64,000 bases of DNA from contig CM119263.1 in the NCBI GenBank assembly GCA_051294375.1, positions 10,222,620 through 10,286,619 on the forward strand, given 5' to 3'. The notes under the pieces were generated by a model. That model saw nothing but the letters and a program-made list of their open reading frames with translations, was not told the origin of the DNA and did not search any database. The stretch comes from Paraspadella gotoi. Taxonomy: Eukaryota > Animalia > Chaetognatha. This document shows, piece after piece, positions 53,401-64,000 of the stretch. Position 1 is the stretch's first letter. Each line of letters opens with the position of its first letter. Made by a program: the position numbers and the translations under genes.

Positions 53401-53730
53401 TCATTGATTGATTAATTTGAAGTGAAAATACTTATTTATTTTTTATTTTTAGTTACATAATGAAACCTGGGGGAGCAGTTTTTTGCTCCCCAAGGGGTTA
53501 CCCCCCAGGGCAGACTTTTTTTTGCCCCAGGGGGCTAAGCATTAGGGGCGCCCCTAATAGACCCAAAATGTTGGCCCCAGGGGGAACCCCCCTGGGGCGG
53601 CCCCCTGAGGCAATCCAGAGGGGGCGCCCCCTCAATGACCATTTTGCTGCTCCCCCTGGAATAGTCTGCCCCCTGGGGCCGCCCCTAGAGCCGCCCCGCG
53701 GGGCGGAGGATTTGGGAGATGACATATCTC
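47579..53730. mobile_element. Second, internally rearranged rendition of the same TIR element
   Basis: Same termini and GTGATGACCAAG direct repeats (47567-47578, 53731-53742). Left GC block inverted at about 51470-51676; right GC block at 53466-53703; spans a 25-N gap. Confidence 0.65.
48493..51355 (+). mobile_element. DINE-1-like non-autonomous Helentron (HINE), apparently full length
   Basis: 5' AGTCGGATCTG-cttatca-CAGATCC(C)GACT stem-loop (48496-48525); (GTCC/GTCT)n microsatellite (48642-48673); central repeats of about 150-190 bp (..gtgggtaggaaagtgtgtga..gagtggaaatgagttaaat..); 3' subTIR CAGATCCGAC (51323-51332); hairpin GTTTGG-A-CCAAAC (51336-51348); ends CTTGTT in a T-rich site. Confidence 0.85.
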
Positions 53731-54029
53731 GTGATGACCAAGAAAACGATCTGACCGACTAATAAGATAAAGAAGATTTAAAGAAGAGACGAAGTGACTA
53801 TAATTTGTGATTTGTAATCGATCACGTTGTGTTAAAGAGAGGTGAACGATGATGACAACGCCGTCGACAATGACAACGCCTACGATGATGACAACGCCGA
53901 CGATGATGACGTCGAAAATTGGTTGTCAACAATTTATTCCGACCCGTGACACTCCGCAAGGAGGGAAGTCAAAGGTCAAGGGTTTAGTCTTCGCGAGTAA
54001 ATTTAGAAACTAATCTTCATTTTTTATTT

Positions 54030-54145
<116 letters not shown>

Positions 54146-54898
54146 TCCTTTTTCTTCTCGTGGATATTCTCACATTTTAAAATTATGTCATTTCTTTTCT
54201 CTTAATTTTTCTTCTTTCTTTCTTCTTTCTTTCTTTATTTTGCTAACTACTATTTTGGTACATTTTTTCTTTATTTAATTTTTGTCTTTTTTATTTCCCT
54301 TGGCTAGTATTGAGTGTTGACTTTTTTTAGTGAAAATTGAGACTAGTCAGTTTTGGAAATGTTTTTTTTTATTTAACTTTTTTCCTACCTTTTATTAATC
54401 TTTTCATCAAAATCCATTCTTACTCCTTCGCCAATCAAAAATGTTCCATGCCCCGAATTTTCTTTTGACAACCCAGTTTTTTTTCTCAAGTTGATTTCGC
54501 GCCAAAAGAGACGAAAAAATCCGCGACCAAAATAAATCGTTGTTCATTTGTTTTGTCGCTATTGTTTTTGGAAAGCGGAAAGCCCACTCCTCAGATGTCG
54601 TCACTCGTCATCAAAAGAAATTCCTCCGATGACAATAAATAAAAATTTGGCCGCTAAATTTAAAAACTACATAATAAAAAAAGTGAATTAATAACTGTAA
54701 AATAAAAACAAGGAAACAAAAAAGAGACTTTGAAAAAGTGACGAGTTGAAAATAAATCCAAACTTCAAACGCAGTAATAGAATCGAATGACTTTTTTTTT
54801 CATCGCACGCTCTCATGTCCCTTTTTTTATCTCTCTTTTAGTGGAACATAATTTACCGGTCATTTACTGAATTAGAAAAAGCAAAAAGTAATTTGATA

Positions 54899-54952
<54 letters not shown>

Positions 54953-55689
54953 CGAGTTTAAACCGTTTAGCTTTTATCAATCAAAGTTAGATAATTTGCA
55001 ACTTTGATCATAAAATTAAATCGAGAAAAAAATCCCACTCGTTTTTACCGGAAATTAAAAAAAGTGTTCATTTGGTATTATGAATTGCACTCGAAAGACA
55101 ATGAAGAAAAAGAGAGAAGTGAGAGGGAGAGAGAAAGAGAGAGAGAGAGAAACAAAAAGAGAGAAAGACTAAAACAGGAAGGGTGGGTATGCCGTTTTGG
55201 GCGATTTTCAAATCCATCATCTCTTTCCAAACTAATTTTCACCTCACCCCCATGTCAACCACAAATACTCTCTGTCTCGAAGATCTTTCTTCAATTCTTT
55301 TCATCCTTTCACACACAGTCGCCCCATCTTCACAAACTATTCCCGTTCTTTTGTTTTCGAGTCACGTGATTCGGCGAGATTCTCGTCCGGCAAAGTCTCG
55401 TCGCGTGACAACGAAAAACGCGATGCGAATAGAAAAGGTCCGAGAGGGACTCTCTCGGCGAATAGAAAAGGTTCTCTCTTACGAATCATTTTCGGTGTTG
55501 TTATACGTAATGGTTATTATAATTATTATACAATTTTTTTTTAGCTCTGCCAAATGTGGGAGACTATTTGATAAAAAAAAATTATTTGTCGTACTCGAGC
55601 GGGAACCAAAAATTATTCTAAACTTTCCGACTCTTTAAGGGAAATTCAAGGAATATAGAAAAAAAAATTGAAGGTACCGCCAGGACTCC

Positions 55690-55830
55690 AGGAGTCTCTG
55701 GACCCAAAGTCACTGAAATCCAACCAATTGCTCCAGAAAGATTTTCCGTCCCGAGCTCACACCGACAAGGCTCGGTTTTTCCCTTCGTCCGTTCGGATGG
55801 GAATAGCATCTCCCATTTAGTGCAAAGGAG
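55690..55830 (+). mobile_element. Possible 3' remnant of a CR1/L2-type LINE ORF2
   Basis: ..RAHTDKARFFPSSVRM then, with one added base, WNSISH; resembles the ORF2 C-terminal S-F-F-P-R-x-x-R-x-W-N-S-L-P motif. Confidence 0.35.
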
Positions 55831-57672
55831 ATTCGCGGGAGAGAGCGCCTTGTTTATTGCCTCGTTTTGGACGAGCGCTTGACCGCGGACCAACGCTTGA
55901 CCGCTCTAAGCTGTAATTCATCACTTCTTTTATGCGCGCGTCGCTTTATTTTTGGTCTTTTTTCTTTTCCTTCGGATTTCTCGTGAACGTTGAGGGCGGA
56001 AGTGACATCGCGACGTGGATTAGTGTCAACGACGACTGGAGTATTAGAGCTTTCTTTCTATTAATGTCTAAAGAGAACATTCTGACAGCGGTCTATTCAC
56101 ACCGACTCGCCTCCAGCTTCATTCAGCCAGACCGTCCTAGGGTAACAGCGCCACTGACAGAAGGCATCACCGATGGGCGGTAGCCCCTTAAGCCAACAGT
56201 GAGATGCCCCATCCCAATTGGCATCACAGGCAACCAGGCTGTTGCTATGACATTTGCTGGGAAACGGTTTATTTGGCAGTGACCAGGGAGCTAATGCGCA
56301 GGTGACGTGAGATAATTCGCCTCACTCCTGGAAATGACCTTTACTGTGAAGGTGACTTTTATGGGAAAATCGATATCGATGGTAAAAGCGACAAACGTTA
56401 AAAAAGTAAAGATGATGACGATGATGACGATGATGACGACTCCTCAGTGTATGACGCTCGTGAAGACTGTGGGCGAAAGGAGGAAACGTTAAGAAATACT
56501 GTATAAAATCACAACTACCTAAATCTCCTCGAGAAACAAACGAGCGACTCGGCGCGTGCATCCAGCGTGCGCCCCACGGGCGTTCATCGATTTGTTTGTA
56601 TCGGTTTCTCGCGAGATCTCGGTGGGAATCCTGTGCGGTGTGCACGCACGCGCAACCCGCATGCGACGCCACGTGCGGCGGAGCAGATTCGGCGAACGTC
56701 GTGGTCGCGAGTGACGCGTGAGTGGCGTCCGACGCGATTAACGATCGCATCGGATTGACGGTGGCTCGCGCGGGGGGGGGGGGGGGAGGGCGGGGAGGGG
56801 GGGTTGGGGGAGGGGTGTTGGCCGAGAGAAACGTCGGGGGGAACTGGAGTGGAATCGTGAATGCTGTTGCTGCGAAACGGACTATCAGTTGCTGTTAAAG
56901 ACGTGCATTCGATTCCTTCTCTTACAATATAAAAAAAAAATGATTACGGTGGACGGACTTCGTTTTGACGCAACAGTCAAGTTCCGACATTATCCCGCGG
57001 GTCTAAAATGACTCTCGAGTTGGCGGTAAAATTTGAAGAGAGAAGAAGTGAGGAAGTAAGGTGGGTAGGATATAAAAGATTGAGGCAAAGAGAGAAAAAA
57101 TGGATAAAGGAAAAATAGGAAAAAAAGAGGGAAAGGTAGGATAAAAGGGAAAAAAGAACGGAAAAAAGAAAGGAAGAAAGGCGGTTTTTTTTCCTCGTGT
57201 GACGATCCAGACTCCGGCTCGTTTGGCCAGGGAAAGTGGCGGAGATAAAATGCGTCATTCTGTCAGGTTTTTTCCCCCGAAATTCCCGCATCAGCTGCTG
57301 TGTTCGAGCTGCATCCGCGGCTCTGCGTGGGCGTCGCCGGGCAAGCGGTCGAGTGGTTTATTCCGACAGATTTTATCATTTGCTGACCGACCGACTGAAA
57401 GAGCTTCGTCTATGAATTGAATCCGAAAAATGCCAGGAGAAGCCTAATAATTTAAACATCACGTATATATGTAGCTTTTTTTTCAATCGGTGAAAAAATT
57501 TTTGCGTCGACGACGAAAAAGAAAAACGAAAAAAAAGGCCGGAAAATCTATTATAAATTTTCATTCAAAAAAAGGGGAAAAAAAAGAAAAAAACTTTTAT
57601 ATAGTTTAAACATTCATATTTCATTAGTAAGCGTCATGTTACGATCTAACTTTAAGAAGATATTAAAATGTC

Positions 57673-58421
57673 TGATAAAAAAAAGTCAATAAAACGCAGA
57701 CGGGAGAAAACGAGAAAATATGGAATCCGTTATCAGCGATTAGATTCGTCGGATAAGCGAAGCCCTTTAGTAATAATGAGCATTCTTTAATCTTCAATCT
57801 TCATTGGTTGACCGGTTCGCATTTCAGTAAGCATCGCTCGATAGTAGACCTCGCGAAATAGCTATAAATCCAAATTCTCTTTTGGCAGAAAATTTACCCT
57901 CGATAAAAATCCCCCAAATTCTTTAACCTTCCACTTTCAAAAAAAAAAACTTACCCAAGGAAACTCTGACGTCAAACGAGTTCCTTGGCGCCGAAATTCG
58001 GTCGTTTGGGGAAAGTTTTTTTTTTCTCGCTGCGCCGTGGGGTTGTAGAGGGGGGCGATGGGGGCGATGGGGCGGAGGGGCGCAGGGGGGGCGATGGGGC
58101 GAGGGGGAGTGAGGAAAAGATTCGTCGATTGGGTAGTTTTTTTTTTTGAAAAGTGGAAGGTTAAAGAATTTGGGGATTTTTATCGAGGGTAAATTTTCTG
58201 CCAAAAGAGAATTTGGATTTATAGCTATCGTCGCGCAGGTCTACTAATCGAGCGATGCTTACTGAAATGCGAACAACGTTCCAACCAATGAAGATTGAGA
58301 TCTAAGAATGCTCATCTATTACTAACAGGGCTTCGCTATCCTCGACGATCTTAATCGACTGCATAACGCATTCCATATTTTCTCGTTTTCTCCCGTCTGT
58401 CGTTTTATTGACTTTTTATCA
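57673..58421. repeat. Inverted repeat: arms of about 285 bp (57673-57957 and 58129-58421) with a G-rich spacer of about 170 bp
   Basis: e.g. tagctataaatccaaattctcttttggcagaaaatttaccctcgataaaaatc vs gatttttatcgagggtaaattttctgccaaaagagaatttggatttatagcta. No clear TSD; MITE or fold-back artefact. Confidence 0.9.
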
Positions 58422-59033
58422 ACATGACCGGCTCGAAGCCGGTTCAGTGCTTGATATTGATCGGCGTGAGCTTCTTTGGAGTCGTCGCGTCGTCGTCCTT
58501 GGCCGTCACGCTGTTTTTTACTATAAAAAGTACTACGCTCTTTATAGGTTTGGCTGCTGAACTTACCGTTTTTTTTAAAATAAAAATTATTATAATACTG
58601 ATAGAGTTTACAAAGGTCGCAATCATAGTACGTTAAAAATTTAGATAATGGCTTCTCAATTTAAAATAGGCTTTGATATTTTCTCATTACATTTGGATTT
58701 AAGCTATTTTTTGTTTGAATTTCCACTTCATTATGATTTACTGCAATATCAAAAGTAGATTATATACTGATTATATAATCCAAATTAGTATATAGAAATG
58801 CTTTAAGCTAATTACATATTGCAGTATATATATTGAAGATGAAATTCAAAAATTTTTTTTTTAAATTTCTAATAAAAAGGGAACTCAAAGTAAATTTTTT
58901 TAATGAGAACCTATATCTTAATTTTAATACAATAAAAATATAAATCTTTTACAAGCTGCGATTGAAAAAATTGAAAAGTTTCCAATTGTAAACCATTGCT
59001 AACATTTTTGCCTTTCTTTTATTTATTTTTTAA

Positions 59034-59280
59034 TTTATATATTTTTTTAGCGCTGCCTTTTCTGAATCGTTTAAAAAACAGAGTTCAGTTTCCTCTCTGT
59101 CTCTCTTTGTGTGCGATCTCTTGCGTGATCGTTCGTCTTTGTTGAAAAATTCTGCATTATTTTTGTCTTATCTTATATAATAACATATATATTTGATCAG
59201 CGCCAGCCTTTTCTGAATCGTCTTAAAAAATACGAAGTTCTCAGGCTCTCTCTACATTCTCTCTCCCTCGTCTCCCTTCA

Positions 59281-59321
<41 letters not shown>

Positions 59322-59831
59322 CTCTCCTTCTCTTTTACAAAAAAAAAAAATTCAACTTTGTTTAACCACCGGTTTTTTGAAAAAAAAATTTTTATATTCT
59401 TTCCTTCTAAAAAACTTTATTATCGCCATTTATTCACGCGCTCTTTCTCAATACAAATACCAAATTTTACTCTGATAGATGTTTCCGTTGGCATCATCTT
59501 TTTTGAGAAAATGTGAGATAGTACACTCTACTTGACGACTGGATTCGTGGCCGTTGCGGGCGCTGCAACGAGTAAACAAGCGCGAGGAACATAGACCTAA
59601 ATAACGCGTTTTATGGCACACGAAACGTCTACGTGATAAAAAAAAATTCAACTGACCGGATCACAGCCGATATAAACAAGACGTGACTAATATTGGTATC
59701 GTAGTGGCGGGAAAACTTTCTCTCCCTCCTCTCTCTCGTCTCTCTCTCTCTCTCGTCTCTCTCCTCTCTCTCTCTTTTTTTTTTTTTTACAAAAAAAAAT
59801 TATAACTTGTAAACGAGTAAACGATTCCGCG

Positions 59832-59873
<42 letters not shown>

Positions 59874-60520
59874 CTATCTTGATCTCTCTCTCTTTCTCGC
59901 TCCTTTCTATCTCTTCTTTTTGTCTGACAAAAAGTAATATTATTAGTCACCTTTGTTTTTCACCTACCGTCATCTTTAAACGAGTTCCGGCTCTCTTCTA
60001 ATTCCTACCTCTTCTGCTTTTTTGTTTACACAAAAAAAATTTTTAGTCACTTTTTTTTTCACCCAGGGCGCACGAGTAACGAGTGTAAACGAGTTCGGAC
60101 TCTGTTCAGCTTTTTCTTCGTCGTCTCTCTCATCATCTCTCTCTCTCTCGGTCTCTCTCTGTCTCTCTCTCGTGCAATGTAACGATCGTTCGTTTTATTT
60201 AAATACATTCTCTATTATCTTTTCCTTTGCTTAAAAACTTTTAGTATCGCTCATTTAGTTTTTTTTCTCTATACACAAATACCAAATTTACATCCGAGAT
60301 TTAATGGATTTCATTTTGAGGAAAAAAAGCATGGCAATGTCAACGATGTACATCAGCTTGAGCTGCTTTTACATATAGTCTGCTAATTGTCCGGCAATTG
60401 CGCGGATTAATTTATATTACGATACTATAATACTCTTCTAACAAAAAAAATTTCTTTGTTTTTTTGTTTATTACTGTAACTTGCGTGACCGGTCGGCCCA
60501 CCGCACTATTGGCAAAGATA
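59034..60520. repeat. Degenerate local duplications in low-quality sequence
   Basis: gccttttctgaatcgt occurs twice (about 59055, 59206); aaaaacttt..tatcgc..caaataccaaattt occurs twice (about 59410, 60232); the region ends at a 25-N gap. Confidence 0.55.
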
Positions 60521-62540
60521 TATATCTAATAATAAGGAGTGAGAAGAAGAGATATTGTCAGAATTAAACAATTCTTTTTTTGTTATTCTAGACGANNNNN
60601 NNNNNNNNNNNNNNNNNNNNACGAATTTTCCACTTTAATTTGCAAAAACGTCTCCCGACTCTTGATACGAAATCGTCTGGATTGAGATCGCGGAATTTGC
60701 GCTCTCAATCTAGATTTCCGCGCGCGAGTCTTTCAACTTTCGGCTATCGCTTTTTTTTTTTTTTGGTGAGCGGTTATTTTTTTTTTTCATTGAACTTTTT
60801 GGTCTCTCCGATGTTACTAAAAAAATTTTTTTTCATTTTAAATTAAAATTTGTAGAAGAATGAATTTCCAAACTTTTATCATATTGTTTAACCCTTGATT
60901 GCGCACTGAATCTTGACAAAAACAGTCTTTCTCTCCGAGTAAAGCATTTCTTCGTGGAAGAACCTTCATGCGGTGTTAAATATGTGACAAAAATATTTAC
61001 TCTCAGAAAGATTAATTTTTTTTTACTAAAATGCGATCATTTCGAAGGGTGTGTTAATGCGCCGGCGCAGATCGAATTTTGCGGTCGGAGGCAAAAACGA
61101 CTCCAAATTTGAGAAAAGAGAAGAAATTGGGTGAAATTCTTTGGGTTTGAAAATCTCCTCTTATTGGAGAGGGAGGGGGGGGGGTGGTTGGAATAAAATA
61201 CAAAATAAAATTCCCCATAAAACTTTAAATCCATTCTGATGACATATCGTAAGACTAATATAAACGAAATTTAAAAGTGAAGTTTAAATATCGATATTTT
61301 ATAACTAGAAAAGTAACAAAAAATTTAATAAAAAAGGATATTTAGTATTCGCAAAATATAATTTATTCGTCTTTCCGTTGCTCGTTGTCACTTTTTTTTA
61401 GGGTGGAGATTTCATTTTAGAAATCTGTTTACTATGAAATGAAAGGAAGATTATATATAAGTTCTTCTCATTATCGTTTCGAGTATTTTTTTTTCTTTAC
61501 GACATTATGCGGAATGTAATTCAGAATTTTCGAGTATTTTCCTTTCATTTTTTTTGTTCTCCCCCCCCCCCAAAAAAAAACCAACAAAAAAACAAAAAAC
61601 GATCTCTTCTCGATTTCAGCAAGGAATCGTCTTCCTCTATGAAAGACAAATCTCGACAAATCTCCCGATTCCACACAGATGCTCTCTCTCCTTCATCCCC
61701 GTTCGCTTCTTACTCCTTTTCTAACGCTTTTACCCTCCCCCACTTCCCCCCGCTAATACAACATCCCTCCTTTATCCCTCCTTTCCCTCATCCCTTCCCT
61801 GCTCCCTTCCCCAAATCGCTCCTCCGTTCCCTTCCCCCGGATCGCCCATGGCCCAATTAAGCCGCGAAGCGAATTCCCTTTCCCAAATTTCGATTTTGAG
61901 CCGCGAGACTCGAAGCTTCGCGACTCATCATCAATTTTCGGATTTCGGAGACTTGGCGAAATCACCCCATCCGTAACTGTCACCCCCATCTCTTTACAAA
62001 CTGTTCTCGCCACTCCCGTCCTCCGCTTCCCCCCACATCCGTAACTGTCACCCTCATATCTTTTCACGACACCCCATCCTTGACTGTCGATCCGATCCCT
62101 ATTCTCGCAAACCCTCTTCACAACATAACGAAATCACCGCTACAGTTACTCTCTCCCTCGGGTTTAAACTCGTCACCCCTTGCACCCTAAATACTTTCAC
62201 TCTTCTTTTTGAGTTTGCTATTCTCTTTCATTCTATTTACTTAATTCTCGCCAACGGTATTTTTACATCATTTTCCATATTTTTTATACTTTTCAAAATT
62301 GTAAACTCTGAACTTTTCAAACGTTTTCAAATACAGTATCGGATAGTCCGATTAACCCGATTTTCCAAAATTTGCCCTATCCTCCTCCTACTCTCTACTC
62401 TATCCTCCTTTATCCTCCTCTATCCTCTTACCACCCTCACCGCAATAATCGGTATCAGTTTTAAAGTCGCGGGTTTAAGTTTTCCCGTTGTTTCTTTTCT
62501 TTTAAAAATATAAATGAAAATTCCAAACCGTACTGGGTAT

Positions 62541-62895
62541 TGTGGGACCACATTTTTATTTTTATGCATCTTTGTTTTTATTATTATTATCATTATTTTT
62601 ATTAGTATAGAAAGAGAGACGACTTTCGGATGTCCCGAGCATCCACTTCTTCTGCCGGATCATCTTATGAACCAGTCGTCCAGCCGAGCTCACTACTTCC
62701 TCGCTTTTTCGCGCGCTTCCACTATAGAGACGACTTCTCTTATCGATCTCTCTTTTCTCTTTCTTTTCGACTTTCTTTCTCACACAGTACGAGCCACACA
62801 ACGCACCTCTCGACTCTATCACGCACCACATTCTCTTCCAGCATCTCATCCTATCTCTTACGCACGCGAGCGCTCGCGGGCCGCACAACGCCACA
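62541..62895 (-). mobile_element. Candidate 355-bp LTR downstream of the Gypsy pol fragment
   Basis: On the - strand it starts TGTGG and ends CCACA, with AATAAA motifs near its 3' end. No polypurine tract upstream and no partner LTR in the window. Confidence 0.3.
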
Positions 62896-63089
62896 CGATT
62901 CGCGCTAAGTGTCGGTGCTCAGCCTAGCCGACTCTTAGTTCTAAGAGTGCCCGGCCCATAAGCGCCGCCGCTTATCGGGTCCTCGCTAGTAACCAGGTCG
63001 TTTACGACTGCAAGCCCATTCGATGTTGAAGAACCAGCGGGCATGAAGGTTGTGTCCAGCGGGAGTGCTATTCGGCCGTGTGTTCGGAT

Positions 63090-64000
63090 GAAGATCTACG
63101 TGAGGAAGTCAGCACGGGTTGTCCTTCGATCTTTACGAGTATCCACTATCGCGTTACGGCGTGAACATTCTTGCCTTATTTCGGTTTATCCGATTCGGTA
63201 GGAACGTTGGTTGGGAGTAATTGTTGTCGGTCGTGTTGAAGGTCCATTACTCTTTTGAAGTATTGCGAATGGTATTAATTTTACTCGTCTTGGCGGCGCA
63301 GATGTAACTTTGAACTTTCTGATCAATGCATGGTTGAATAGCTAATGTTTCAGTATGTTCTATGTGTTTGATCCTTAGTATATCGTCAGGCAATGATTTG
63401 GAGTTTGGAAGCTAAACGAGATATTCCTAACGCATTTGCTGTTGCCCAGTTATATAGTCCTCGCCATCGCGCCTCGTCTAGCGGGTGCTGGCGTCGGCGT
63501 ATATGCGGTATTCTCCGTTTTCTTTAATTTTTTGCGTCATTTAAAAAGATTTAAGTCCTGGAGTCGTTTTTGATTTCGCTGACTAGGCATTCTAAGAGCT
63601 CGCGGTGCTCTTCCTGATCCGAACTCTCAAAAGCTGCTTTTGTCGACACAACCGTGAGTGCCGTGTCAACGGTTGCGCGAGAATAGGAAAATCTGTGAGT
63701 AAAAGCACCATGTAGTAGTTCAGTGAAGCCAGGAGGGCGCGGAGAATGCTTCTGCGTGTTTGATCTGCTTTCAGTTTGAATCTTCGTGGCTTGTTCGCAT
63801 GAGCTTTTTATGCTCTGCTGAGGTTCATGTATATGCTCTGCGATGATGCTAGCCAGAGGATTTTGATGTCGTCTTTCCTTACGTAGGACGCATGCTTGTG
63901 TCCCTTCAAAAACGAACACGATTATCCTCGTGCGACCATCATTTCCAGGAATTCTTCCGCACAAGCGTTCTGCATTTCCTCAGGTGATCTTCGCCGTTAG
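63090..64000 (-). mobile_element. pol: Ty3/Gypsy LTR-retrotransposon pol fragment (RT thumb/connection plus RNase H), frameshifted
   Basis: Ordered motifs across frames: LRALLASLNYY (cf. LRSFLGLVNYY), DFPILAQPLT (cf. FA-IA-PLT), YRIYADAS (RNase H TDAS), SKSL, ETLAI (cf. ELLAI), then DNP..ADFL (cf. G-x-x-N-x-x-ADALSR). Runs off the window end. Confidence 0.85.

Noticed and set aside
61753-62121. 122-aa ORF with SRCR-like GWG..ARTVCKEMG
   Set aside because: Motif spacing is wrong for SRCR, and the region contains a short internal duplication (catccgtaactgtcaccc twice).

Overview
Eukaryotic (probably invertebrate animal) draft-genome sequence: AT-rich, dense in (GA)n, (GAC)n, (TTTC)n and (TTCA)n microsatellites, with short GC-richer exon-like islands. 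Most ORFs in the supplied track are microsatellite translations. There are twelve N-gaps, six of exactly 25 N. Those six are flanked by indel-noisy duplicated or inverted sequence, so much of the large-scale structure (the 4.7-11.1 kb palindrome, the 1.3 kb and 4.6 kb direct duplications, the local inversions at 32-54 kb) is probably long-read gap-filling or haplotype redundancy. Best-supported biology: (1) a frameshifted Ty3/Gypsy RT-RNase H fragment at the right end; (2) a complete 2.86 kb DINE-1-like Helentron-associated element with both filled and empty sites visible; (3) a non-autonomous TIR DNA element with GC-rich ends and a 9-12 bp target-site duplication, which hosts that element; (4) about 15 tandem copies of a 70-bp unit that folds into two adjacent hairpins and carries a tRNA-like A-box; (5) scattered low-confidence exons of extracellular/receptor-type genes (CTLD-, CUB-, EGF-, GAIN-like, TM). 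No CRISPR, rRNA or intact tRNA seen. I cannot support a new biological system with confidence; the 70-bp array is the best candidate.
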